Assembly: GCA_001770655.1 (NCBI GenBank)
Contig: MERQ01000092.1
Location: forward strand, 30,234-94,233
DNA: 64,000 nt
DNA from: Betaproteobacteria bacterium RIFCSPLOWO2_12_FULL_68_20
GTDB taxonomy: Bacteria; Pseudomonadota; Gammaproteobacteria; Burkholderiales; SG8-39
Direction of reading: 5' to 3'
The position numbers and the translations under genes are program-made. This document shows, one piece after another, positions 56,421 through 64,000 of the stretch (positions within the stretch are counted from its first letter, which is position 1; the number at the start of each line of letters is the position of its first letter). Below the pieces are notes generated by a model that worked only from the letters and a program-made list of their open reading frames with translations, was not told the DNA's origin and did not search any database.

Positions 56421-56433
56421 GTTGGTCTTCCTC

Positions 56434-57753
56434 TCAGCGGACGGGCAAGCCGCCCTTGAAGCTCGCCTTGCGCAGCAGGCTCTCGTACTGGTGCGTCATG
56501 ATGTAGGCCTGCACCTGGGCCATGAAATCCATCGTCACCACGACGATGATGAGCAGCGACGTGCCGCCGAAGAAGAACGGCACGTTCCATCTGAGGATCA
56601 GGAACTCGGGCAGCAGGGCCACCAGTGTCACGTAGACTGCGCCCGCCAGGGTCAGGCGCGTGAGGATCCTCTCCAGATAGCGCGCGGTCTGGTCGCCCGG
56701 GCGGATTCCCGGCACGAACGCGCCCGACTTCTTAAGGTTGTCCGCGGTTTCCTTCGGGTTGTACTGCAGCGCGGTATAGAAGAAGCAGAAGAAGATGATC
56801 AAGCTCGCGTAGAGCAGGATGTAGATCGGCTGCCCCGGGGTGAGCGTCCCGGAGATGTCGCGCAGCCACGCCATCCCCTCGCTCGTGCCGAACCATCCGA
56901 GCAGCGTCGCGGGAAACAGGATCAGCGAGCTGGCGAAAATCAGCGGGATCACCCCCGACATGTTGAGCTTGAACGGCAGGTGCGAGCTCTGGCCGCCGTA
57001 GACGCGGTTCCCGACCTGGCGCTTGGCGTAGTTGACCAGGATCTTTCTCTGCCCGCGCTCGACGAAGCATACGAACGCGGTGACGACGAGCACCGCGATC
57101 GCGATGAGGAGCCCGGTGAGCGGGTGTATCGCGCCGGTGCGAACGAGCTCGAGCGTGCCCGCGATCGCGCCCGGCAGCCCCGCCGCGATGCCGGCGAAAA
57201 TGATGATCGAGATGCCGTTGCCGATACCTCTCTCGGTGATCTGCTCGCCGAGCCACATCAGGAACATCGTCCCCGTGACGAGCGAGGTCACCGAGGTGAC
57301 GCGGAACATCAGCCCGGGCTCGAGCACCAGCCCGGGTTGCGACTCGAGTGCGATCGAGATGCCGGTCGCCTGGAAAAGCGCGAGGAACACCGTGCCGTAG
57401 CGCGTGTACTGGGTGATCTTGCGCCTGCCCGACTCGCCCTCCTTGCGCAACTGTTCGAGCTGCGGAGATACCGCAGTCATCAGCTGCATGATGATCGAGG
57501 CGGAGATGTACGGCATGATGCCGAGCGCGAAGACGGTGAAGCGCGACAGCGCCCCCCCGGAGAACAAGTTGAACATGCCCAGGATTCCGCCCTGCTGTCC
57601 CTGGAACAGGTCGGCGAGCACTTTCGGATCGATTCCCGGCACCGGCACGTGCGTGCCGATTCGGAACACCACGAGCGCGAGCAGCAGGAAGATCAGCCGG
57701 CGCTTGAGATCGCCATAGCGCGCGGCGCCGGCGCTGGGGAGAGTGGCCATCAA
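56434..57753 (-). CDS. secY: Preprotein translocase subunit SecY
   Basis: This is a 439-aa polytopic ORF: ...[13 protein letters not shown]...[18 protein letters not shown]... Confidence 0.95.
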   Translation of the reverse strand: MMATLPSAGAARYGDLKRRLIFLLLALVVFRIGTHVPVPGIDPKVLADLFQGQQGGILGMFNLFSGGALSRFTVFALGIMPYISASIIMQLMTAVSPQLEQLRKEGESGRRKITQYTRYGTVFLALFQATGISIALESQPGLVLEPGLMFRVTSVTSLVTGTMFLMWLGEQITERGIGNGISIIIFAGIAAGLPGAIAGTLELVRTGAIHPLTGLLIAIAVLVVTAFVCFVERGQRKILVNYAKRQVGNRVYGGQSSHLPFKLNMSGVIPLIFASSLILFPATLLGWFGTSEGMAWLRDISGTLTPGQPIYILLYASLIIFFCFFYTALQYNPKETADNLKKSGAFVPGIRPGDQTARYLERILTRLTLAGAVYVTLVALLPEFLILRWNVPFFFGGTSLLIIVVVTMDFMAQVQAYIMTHQYESLLRKASFKGGLPVR

Positions 57754-58223
57754 GCCTTCGGTCCGGGGGTCTGCGCGACTTTCCCGGGGATTTCTTCGAG
57801 CGTCCCGCCGGCCGCCTCGATCGCGGCCCGCGCGCCCTTGGTCGCCTTGACGCCCTTCAGCGTCAGCTTGCGAGCGAGCTTGCCCGACAGGATCACTTTC
57901 GCCGCGAGCGCCTGGCGCGGGACGATGCCCTCGGCCTTGAGGGCCGCAAGGTCGATCTCGGTCGCCGTCATGGTCTCGAGCTCGGAGAGCCGCACCTCGG
58001 CCACCAGGTCGCGCGAGGGCGAGACAAAGCCGCGCTTGGGCAGCCGCCGGTGCAGGGGCATCTGCCCGCCCTCGAAGCCGACCTTGTGATAGCCGCCGGA
58101 GCGCGCCTTCTGGCCCTTGTGGCCGCGCCCTGCGGTCTTGCCCCAGCCCGAGCCTACGCCCCGGCCGACGCGGTGCCTGTCCTTTTTCGAGCCCGGCGCG
58201 GGCTTCAACGTGTTGAGACGCAT
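57750..58223 (-). CDS. rplO: 50S ribosomal protein L15
   Basis: [44 protein letters not shown]..., 157 aa. Confidence 0.95.
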   Translation of the reverse strand: MRLNTLKPAPGSKKDRHRVGRGVGSGWGKTAGRGHKGQKARSGGYHKVGFEGGQMPLHRRLPKRGFVSPSRDLVAEVRLSELETMTATEIDLAALKAEGIVPRQALAAKVILSGKLARKLTLKGVKATKGARAAIEAAGGTLEEIPGKVAQTPGPKA

Positions 58224-58227
58224 CGCT

Positions 58228-58410
58228 CTAGCCTTCCACCCGCACGAGGTAATAGACCCTGTTGATCATGCCGCGCACCTCGGGCGTGTCGGCGAGCTCG
58301 ACCGTATGGCGAATCCGTCGCAAGCCCAGGCCGCGCACGGTTTCCCGATGACCGGTCTTGCAGCCGGCGAGACCCTTCATCAGCGTGACCTTGATTTTTT
58401 TCTCCGCCAT
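58228..58410 (-). CDS. rpmD: 50S ribosomal protein L30
   Basis: [33 protein letters not shown]..., 60 aa. Confidence 0.9.
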   Translation of the reverse strand: MAEKKIKVTLMKGLAGCKTGHRETVRGLGLRRIRHTVELADTPEVRGMINRVYYLVRVEG

Positions 58411-58419
58411 CGCGCGCCC

Positions 58420-58941
58420 CTAGCCGAGGATCTCCTCGACCTTCTTGCCGCGCTTCGCTGCGATCTCCGAGGGAACGTTCATCGACTGCAGGCCGTGCAA
58501 TGTCGCGCGCACCACGTTGTACGGATTGGTCGAGCCGAAGCACTTCGCGAGCACATTCGTCATGCCCATCACCTCGAACACCGCGCGCATCGCGCCGCCG
58601 GCGATGATCCCGGTACCCTCGGAAGCCGGCTGCATCAATACCTTGGCCGAGCCGTGCTTGCCGACGACCGCGTGATAGAGCGTCCCGTTCTTGAGCTTCA
58701 CCTTGAAAAGCTTCCTGCGCGCCTCTTCCATCGCCTTCTGCACCGCCACCGGCACCTCGCGCGCCTTGCCCTTGCCCATGCCGATGCCGCCGTCGCCGTC
58801 GCCCACCACGGTGAGCGCGGCGAAGCCGAGCACGCGGCCGCCCTTGACGACCTTGGTGACCCGGTTCACCGAGATCATCTTCTCGCGCAGCCCGTCGCCG
58901 CGCTCCTCCGATTGCTGCATCCTGGGCTTGATCTTCGCCAT
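58420..58941 (-). CDS. rpsE: 30S ribosomal protein S5
   Basis: ...[45 protein letters not shown]..., 173 aa. Confidence 0.95.
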   Translation of the reverse strand: MAKIKPRMQQSEERGDGLREKMISVNRVTKVVKGGRVLGFAALTVVGDGDGGIGMGKGKAREVPVAVQKAMEEARRKLFKVKLKNGTLYHAVVGKHGSAKVLMQPASEGTGIIAGGAMRAVFEVMGMTNVLAKCFGSTNPYNVVRATLHGLQSMNVPSEIAAKRGKKVEEILG

Positions 58942-58957
58942 ATGCCTCGAGAGCTCC

Positions 58958-59314
58958 TCAGAACTTGAGGCCGCCGGCCCGCGCGGCCTCGGCCAGCGCC
59001 TTCACGCGCCCGTGGTACCTGTAGCCGGCGCGGTCGAATGCGACCTCGCCGATGCCGATTTGCTTGGCCTTCGCGGCGATCCTCTGCCCGATGAGCTCCG
59101 CGGCCTTGCGGTTGCCGCCGTTCGTCACCTGGCCGCGCAGCTCCTTTTCCGCCGTCGACGCGGCGGCGAGGACCTTGTCCCCGCCAGGCGAGGTGATCTG
59201 CGCGTAAATGTGGCTGTTCGTGCGGTGCACGGTCAGGCGCAATCTGCCGATCTCCCGGATCTTGAGCCTGGTCTGGCGGGCGCGGCGCAGCCGCGCCGAG
59301 TTCTTGTCGATCAT
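58958..59314 (-). CDS. rplR: 50S ribosomal protein L18
   Basis: ...[15 protein letters not shown]...[26 protein letters not shown], 118 aa. Confidence 0.95.
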   Translation of the reverse strand: MIDKNSARLRRARQTRLKIREIGRLRLTVHRTNSHIYAQITSPGGDKVLAAASTAEKELRGQVTNGGNRKAAELIGQRIAAKAKQIGIGEVAFDRAGYRYHGRVKALAEAARAGGLKF

Positions 59315-59323
59315 GATCGCACG

Positions 59324-59857
59324 CTACTTCTTCTTGGTCTCTTTCATCAGGATGGCCTCCCCCGCGTAGCGCACGCCCTTGCCCTTGTAGGGCTCGGGAG
59401 CGCGGTACGCGCGCACCTCCGCGGCCACCTGGCCGACCAGCTGCTTGTCGACGCCGCTGATCACGATCTCGGTCTGCGTCGGGGTCGCCACCTTGACGCC
59501 CTTGGGCATCTGATGCACCACCGGGTGCGAGAAGCCGAGCGTCAGGTTGAGCTTGTCGCCCTGCGCCTGCGCGCGGTAGCCCACGCCGACCAGCGCGAGC
59601 TTCCTCTCGAATCCCTTGGTGACGCCGGTCACCATGTTCGCCACCAGCGCGCGCATGGTGCCGGACATCGCGTTCGCGTGGCGCGAGTTGCCGAGCGCCT
59701 TGCATACCAGCCGGTCGCCGTCGCGCTCGACGCCCACGTTCGGGTCGGCCACGCGCGACACCGTGCCGAGCGGCCCCTTCACCGAGATCGTGCCGGTCGC
59801 GAGCGTCACCTCGACGCCTTGGGGCAGCGGGATCGGGAATTTTGCGATGCGGGACAT
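59324..59857 (-). CDS. rplF: 50S ribosomal protein L6
   Basis: [31 protein letters not shown]..., 177 aa. Confidence 0.95.
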   Translation of the reverse strand: MSRIAKFPIPLPQGVEVTLATGTISVKGPLGTVSRVADPNVGVERDGDRLVCKALGNSRHANAMSGTMRALVANMVTGVTKGFERKLALVGVGYRAQAQGDKLNLTLGFSHPVVHQMPKGVKVATPTQTEIVISGVDKQLVGQVAAEVRAYRAPEPYKGKGVRYAGEAILMKETKKK

Positions 59858-59867
59858 CGAGCGCGCC

Positions 59868-60263
59868 CTAGGCCACGATGCAGAGCACTTCGCCGCCGAT
59901 CCCGTCGGCGCGCGCCTTGCGGTCGGTCATCACGCCGCGCGAGGTCGACACGATCGCGACTCCCAGGCCGTTCATGACGCGCGGGATGTCGTCGCGGCCC
60001 TTGTAGACGCGCAGCCCCGGGCTGGAGATGCGCTCGAGACGCTCGATCACCGGCCGGCCGGCGTAGTACTTGAGGCCGATGCGCAGCTCCTTCTTCGCGC
60101 CGTCATCGCGCACCGCGAAATCCTCGATGTAGCCCTCGTCCTTCAGCACCCGGGCGATCGACGCCTTGAGGCCCGAGGACGGCATCGACACCTCCACGTG
60201 CCCGACCATCTGGGCGTTGCGGATCCGGGTCAGCATGTCCGCGATGGGGTCGCTCATGCTCAT
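59868..60263 (-). CDS. rpsH: 30S ribosomal protein S8
   Basis: [25 protein letters not shown]..., 131 aa. Confidence 0.95.
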   Translation of the reverse strand: MSMSDPIADMLTRIRNAQMVGHVEVSMPSSGLKASIARVLKDEGYIEDFAVRDDGAKKELRIGLKYYAGRPVIERLERISSPGLRVYKGRDDIPRVMNGLGVAIVSTSRGVMTDRKARADGIGGEVLCIVA

Positions 60264-60273
60264 CGTGCGCTCC

Positions 60274-60579
60274 TTACCAGCTCGCCTTGATCACGCCCGG
60301 AACCTCGCCGCGCATCGCCAGCTCGCGCAGCTTGCCGCGCGCCAGGCCGAACTTGCGGTACACGCCGCGCGGCCGCCCGGTCAGTCCGCAGCGGTTGCGC
60401 AGCCGCACCGGGCTCGCGTCCCTCGGCAGCTTCTGCAGCTTGTCGCGCGCCGCCTCCTTCTGCTCGTCGGAGGCCCTGGGGTCGCGCATCGTCTCGAGCA
60501 GCGCGGCGCGCCTGGCCTTGAATTTTTCGACCGTCTTGCGGCGTTTCTGATCTCGCAGCTTCAATGCCAGCTTGGCCAT
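60274..60579 (-). CDS. rpsN: 30S ribosomal protein S14 (long, non-zinc form)
   Basis: [25 protein letters not shown]...[11 protein letters not shown], 101 aa. Confidence 0.95.
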   Translation of the reverse strand: MAKLALKLRDQKRRKTVEKFKARRAALLETMRDPRASDEQKEAARDKLQKLPRDASPVRLRNRCGLTGRPRGVYRKFGLARGKLRELAMRGEVPGVIKASW

Positions 60580-60591
60580 GCGTGTGACCCC

Positions 60592-61263
60592 TCAACTCTT
60601 GAACGGGAAGCGGAACGCGGCGAGCAGCGCCCTCGCCTCGTCGTCCGTCTTCGCGCTGGTGGTGAAAGCGATGTCCATGCCCCGGATCGCGTCGATCTTG
60701 TCGTATTCGATCTCGGGAAAGATGATCTGCTCCTTGATGCCGAGGCTGTAGTTGCCGCGGCCGTCGAAGGCGCGGTTCGAAACGCCCCTGAAGTCGCGGA
60801 TGCGCGGGATGGCGACGTTCACCAGCCGGTCGAGAAACTCGTACATGCGCGCGCCGCGCAGCGTCACCGAGCAGCCGACCGGGAACCCGGCGCGGACCTT
60901 GAAGTTGGCGATCGACTTCACCGCCCGGGTGATCACCGGCTTCTGGCCGCAGATCTTCGTCATGTCGGCGACCGCGTTGTCGAGCACCTTCTTGTCGGCG
61001 GTCGTCTCCCCGACGCCCATGTTGAGCGTGATCTTGCGCAGACGCGGCACCTGCATCACGGTCTTGTAGCCGAATCTCTTGATCAGATCGGGCACCACTT
61101 TCTCGCGGTATTGGACCGCCAGCCGCGCCGGCGGCGCCGGAATCCGGGGCGCGTCCGACTTGGGGGCCGCCTCGGCCTTGGGCGCCTCCTTGCGCGGCGC
61201 CTCCTTCCTGGGGGCTTCCTTCTTCGCCGCTTCCGGCTGCTGGGCTTTGGGGTTCTTTGCCAT
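60592..61263 (-). CDS. rplE: 50S ribosomal protein L5 with a ~44-aa Lys/Ala/Pro-rich N-terminal extension
   Basis: The core [41 protein letters not shown]... is preceded by [45 protein letters not shown]. No canonical start codon lies near the usual L5 N-terminus. Confidence 0.85.
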   Translation of the reverse strand: MAKNPKAQQPEAAKKEAPRKEAPRKEAPKAEAAPKSDAPRIPAPPARLAVQYREKVVPDLIKRFGYKTVMQVPRLRKITLNMGVGETTADKKVLDNAVADMTKICGQKPVITRAVKSIANFKVRAGFPVGCSVTLRGARMYEFLDRLVNVAIPRIRDFRGVSNRAFDGRGNYSLGIKEQIIFPEIEYDKIDAIRGMDIAFTTSAKTDDEARALLAAFRFPFKS

Positions 61264-61272
61264 CGGTCCCGC

Positions 61273-61590
61273 TTACACGTCCACCTGCTCGCCGTTGGAG
61301 CGGAACACCCGCACCTTGCGGCCGTCTTCCAGCGTCTTGAACCCCACGCGGTCGGCTTTCCGGATCGCGGGGTTGAACAGGGCGATATTCGAGATGTGGA
61401 TCGGCATGTCCTTGTCGACGATGCCGCCGGTGACGTTCTTCATGGGATTGGGGCGCTGGTGCTTCTTCACCCGGTTCACGCCCTCCACCACCACGTGCTC
61501 GGCGTCGACGCGGCGCAGCACCGTTCCGCGCTTGCCCTTGTCGCGCCCGGTGATCACCACCACCTCGTCGCCCTTGCGGATACGTTGCAT
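61273..61590 (-). CDS. rplX: 50S ribosomal protein L24
   Basis: [27 protein letters not shown]..., 105 aa. Confidence 0.95.
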   Translation of the reverse strand: MQRIRKGDEVVVITGRDKGKRGTVLRRVDAEHVVVEGVNRVKKHQRPNPMKNVTGGIVDKDMPIHISNIALFNPAIRKADRVGFKTLEDGRKVRVFRSNGEQVDV

Positions 61591-61595
61591 CGTCG

Positions 61596-61964
61596 TCAAA
61601 GCACTTCCGGTGCGAGCGACACGATCTTCATGAAGCGCTCGGTGCGCAGCTCCCTCGTCACAGGCCCGAAAATGCGCGTGCCGATCGGCTCGAGCTTGGC
61701 GGTGAGCAGCACCGCCGCGTTGCGATCGAAGCGGATGAGCGAGCCGTCGGCGCGCCGCACGCCCTTGGCGGTGCGCACGACGACGGCGTGATAGATCTCG
61801 CCCTTCTTGACGCGCCCCCGCGGTGCCGCGTCCTTCACGCTCACCCTGATCACGTCCCCGATCGAGGCGTAGCGGCGTTTCGAGCCGCCGAGCACCTTGA
61901 TGCACATGACCGAGCGCGCGCCCGTGTTGTCGGCCACGTCCAGTACGGACTGCATCTGAATCAT
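61596..61964 (-). CDS. rplN: 50S ribosomal protein L14
   Basis: [39 protein letters not shown]..., 122 aa. Confidence 0.95.
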   Translation of the reverse strand: MIQMQSVLDVADNTGARSVMCIKVLGGSKRRYASIGDVIRVSVKDAAPRGRVKKGEIYHAVVVRTAKGVRRADGSLIRFDRNAAVLLTAKLEPIGTRIFGPVTRELRTERFMKIVSLAPEVL

Positions 61965-62050
61965 TGGTGCTGGGTCTCCGCTCCAACTTGCACCGCAGGC
62001 ACGAAGCGGGCAGTTTTGGGCCCCGTCCGGGGCGAAAAAGGCCGTGAATT

Positions 62051-62344
62051 CTAAACCGCCTTCGATTTCTCCACAAGCCTGGTGACGCGCCAGGACTTGG
62101 TTTTCGAGATCGGCCGGCACTCGGCGATCTCCACCAGGTCTCCCTGGCGGTACTCGCCCGACTCGACGTGCGCGTGGTATTTCTTCGAGCGGGTCACGAT
62201 CTTGCCGATCGCCGGGTGCCGGACCCGGCGCTCGACCAGCACCGTCAGCGTCTTCTGCATCTTGTCGCTCAGCACGCGCCCGAGCAGCTTGCGCTGGTTC
62301 TTCGCGGGCTGCGCCGGGGCCTGCGGGATCTCTTGCGAGCTCAT
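62051..62344 (-). CDS. rpsQ: 30S ribosomal protein S17
   Basis: ...[42 protein letters not shown]..., 97 aa. The ATG overlaps the rpmC stop (ATGA). Confidence 0.9.
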   Translation of the reverse strand: MSSQEIPQAPAQPAKNQRKLLGRVLSDKMQKTLTVLVERRVRHPAIGKIVTRSKKYHAHVESGEYRQGDLVEIAECRPISKTKSWRVTRLVEKSKAV

Positions 62345-62532
62345 TTTGCCGACTTCTCCTTCATCACGGTGCGCACCCGAGCGATGTCGCGACGCATCTT
62401 CTTCAACTGGCTGGTGTTGCCGAGCTGCTGCGTGGCGAGCTGCATGCGCATGCCGAACTGCGCTCTGAGCAGGCTCTCCAGCTCCTTGCGCAGCTCCTCG
62501 CCGCTCTTTGCCCTGAGCTCGCTCGCCTTCAT
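62341..62532 (-). CDS. rpmC: 50S ribosomal protein L29
   Basis: [37 protein letters not shown]..., 63 aa. Confidence 0.95.
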   Translation of the reverse strand: MKASELRAKSGEELRKELESLLRAQFGMRMQLATQQLGNTSQLKKMRRDIARVRTVMKEKSAK

Positions 62533-62535
62533 TGC

Positions 62536-62949
62536 CTACCCCAGCATCCTCTGCACGAACGAGGTCCTGAACGGAAGCTTGGCCGACGCCAGCGCGAATG
62601 CCTCCCGCGCCATGGCCTCGGTGACGCCGTCCATCTCGTAGATGATCCTGCCGGGCTTGATCTCGCACACGAAGTACTCGGGATTGCCCTTGCCGTTGCC
62701 CATGCGGACCTCGGCCGGCTTGAGCGACACCGGCTTGTCCGGGAACACGCGGATCCAGATGCGCCCGCCGCGCTTGATATGGCGCGACATGGCCCGGCGT
62801 GCCGCCTCGAGCTGGCGCGCGGTGAGCCGGCTGCGCGAGGTCGCCTTCAGCCCGTACTCGCCGAACGCGACCTTGGCGCCGCGCGTCGCGACGCCCTTGT
62901 TGCGGCCCTTTTGCTGCTTGCGGTACTTGGTGCGTGCCGGTTGAAGCAT
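62536..62949 (-). CDS. rplP: 50S ribosomal protein L16
   Basis: [24 protein letters not shown]..., 137 aa. Confidence 0.95.
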   Translation of the reverse strand: MLQPARTKYRKQQKGRNKGVATRGAKVAFGEYGLKATSRSRLTARQLEAARRAMSRHIKRGGRIWIRVFPDKPVSLKPAEVRMGNGKGNPEYFVCEIKPGRIIYEMDGVTEAMAREAFALASAKLPFRTSFVQRMLG

Positions 62950-62963
62950 CGCTCAGTTTCCTT

Positions 62964-63869
62964 TCATCCCTTGTTCCCGTCGCCCGGCTTTTTTCCACCC
63001 TCGTCCTTGACGATCTTTCTCGTCTTCTTGATCGTGGTCTTGGGCTTCTCGGCGGAAGCGTCACCCGCCCTTTTCACCATGGCCGGGGCGGCTTTCTTCC
63101 CGGCTTCGGCCTTGCCCTTTGCGGGGGCGCGCTTGGCGCCGAACTTCGGCGCGGGCTTCTTCGCCTTTGCGGCCTCCACGGGGGCCTCCGGCGCGGGCGC
63201 CGCAGCGGGCGCGGGTAGCGCCACCTGGACTTCCGCCTTCGGCACCGTTTCGCCCTTGTACACCCACACCTTGATGCCGATCACCCCGTAGGAGGTCTTC
63301 GCCTCGCCCATGCCGTAATCGATGTCGGCGCGCAGCGTATGCAGCGGCACTCGCCCCTCGCGGTACCACTCGGTGCGCGCGATCTCGACGCCGTTCAGCC
63401 GCCCAGCGCTCATGATCTTGATGCCCTGGGCGCCGAGGCGCATCGCGTTCTGCATCGCGCGCTTCATCGCGCGGCGGAACATGATGCGCTTCTCGAGCTG
63501 CTGCGCGATCGAGTCGGCGATCAGCTGCGCGTCGATCTCGGGCTTGCGGATCTCCTCGATGTTCACGTGCACCTGGTTGACGCCCATGATGCGGCGCAGC
63601 GCGGCCTTCAGAGACTCGATCTCCTCGCCCTTCTTGCCGATCACCACCCCGGGCCGCGCCGAAAAGATGGTGATGCGCGCGTCCTTCGCCGGGCGCTCGA
63701 TCAGCACGCGGCCGACCGAGGCGTGCGAGAGCTTGCTCTTCAGGAAGCGGCGCACCTTGATGTCCTCGGCAAGCATCGCCGCGAACGTGCGGTTGCTGGC
63801 GTACCAGCGCGAGCTCCAGTTGCGGTTGACCGCGAGCCGGAAGCCGATCGGGTTGATCTTCTGTCCCAT
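62964..63869 (-). CDS. rpsC: 30S ribosomal protein S3 with a ~70-80-aa Lys/Ala/Pro-rich C-terminal extension
   Basis: [24 protein letters not shown]... is the canonical body, ending around ...[10 protein letters not shown]. It is followed by [53 protein letters not shown]...KKPGDGNKG. The total is 301 aa. Confidence 0.9.
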   Translation of the reverse strand: MGQKINPIGFRLAVNRNWSSRWYASNRTFAAMLAEDIKVRRFLKSKLSHASVGRVLIERPAKDARITIFSARPGVVIGKKGEEIESLKAALRRIMGVNQVHVNIEEIRKPEIDAQLIADSIAQQLEKRIMFRRAMKRAMQNAMRLGAQGIKIMSAGRLNGVEIARTEWYREGRVPLHTLRADIDYGMGEAKTSYGVIGIKVWVYKGETVPKAEVQVALPAPAAAPAPEAPVEAAKAKKPAPKFGAKRAPAKGKAEAGKKAAPAMVKRAGDASAEKPKTTIKKTRKIVKDEGGKKPGDGNKG

Positions 63870-63878
63870 GATTTGTGC

Positions 63879-64000
63879 CTAATCCCCGACGGTGACGTAG
63901 ACGTTGCAGGTCTGCTTGGTGATGCGGTTGCCGCGACCCTTGGCGCGCGCCTGGAAGCGCTTGAGGAACGCGCCGCGCTCGACGTGGATGATCTTCACCT
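63879..64000 (-). CDS. rplV: 50S ribosomal protein L22, C-terminal part (5-prime end lies outside the window)
   Basis: My manual translation of the minus strand ends ...[39 protein letters not shown]. The gene lies upstream of rpsC, as in S10 operons. Confidence 0.85.
   Translation of the reverse strand, partial: VKIIHVERGAFLKRFQARAKGRGNRITKQTCNVYVTVGD

Noticed and set aside
61965-62050. Hairpin GCCCC-gtcc-GGGGC in the rpsQ-rplN gap as the S10-operon terminator.
   Set aside because: On the minus (coding) strand the stem is preceded, not followed, by the T-run. The stem is only 5 bp. I cannot support a terminator or a promoter call from sequence alone.

Overview
The window is visibly GC-rich bacterial chromosomal DNA (roughly two-thirds G+C by eye, not computed). 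Most long ORFs in the track are antisense or out-of-frame shadows of the real genes.

I see two parts. (1) Positions 1 to about 53.3 kb are a dense mosaic of catabolic and transport modules:
- an anthranoyl/salicylyl-CoA type operon (MarR, aryl-CoA ligase, RidA, fused FAD-monooxygenase/OYE reductase), continuing without real gaps into a cupin / four-rhodanese / VOC trio;
- an orphan Mo-hydroxylase large subunit with an IlvD-like dehydratase;
- a TetR-controlled acyl-CoA synthetase with a Liv-type ABC importer;
- a feruloyl-CoA-synthase-like ligase, a CMD-family protein and a further CoA ligase;
- an IclR / FAD-monooxygenase / MetE-like / LigM-like O-demethylase / binding-protein group;
- a repeat-bracketed TctC / Rieske oxygenase / MetE-like cassette;
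- a tightly packed 11-gene array: TRAP transporter, two tandem iorA paralogs, iorB, gentisate-dioxygenase-family cupin, hydrolase, transglutaminase-like protein, glycerate kinase.

Two vapBC modules, an orphan higA and several gene fragments sit at module junctions.

(2) Positions 53.35 to 64.0 kb are the conserved S10-spc-alpha ribosomal protein / secY / rpoA cluster on the minus strand. It includes rpmJ, which is too short for the ORF track.

I recognise no rRNA, tRNA, CRISPR array, transposase, integrase or defence-type gene.

The things most worth follow-up are:
- the 11-gene TRAP-iorA1-iorA2-iorB-dioxygenase array;
- the repeated pairing of oxygenases with MetE-like Zn-alkyltransferase-fold proteins;
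- two families of non-coding repeats: a 66-bp core bracketing a 3.7-kb cassette, and a double-hairpin REP-like element inside operons;
- a 55-bp direct repeat bracketing a CoA-ligase gene.

All functional calls come from reading the translations and remembering family motifs. No database search was run.
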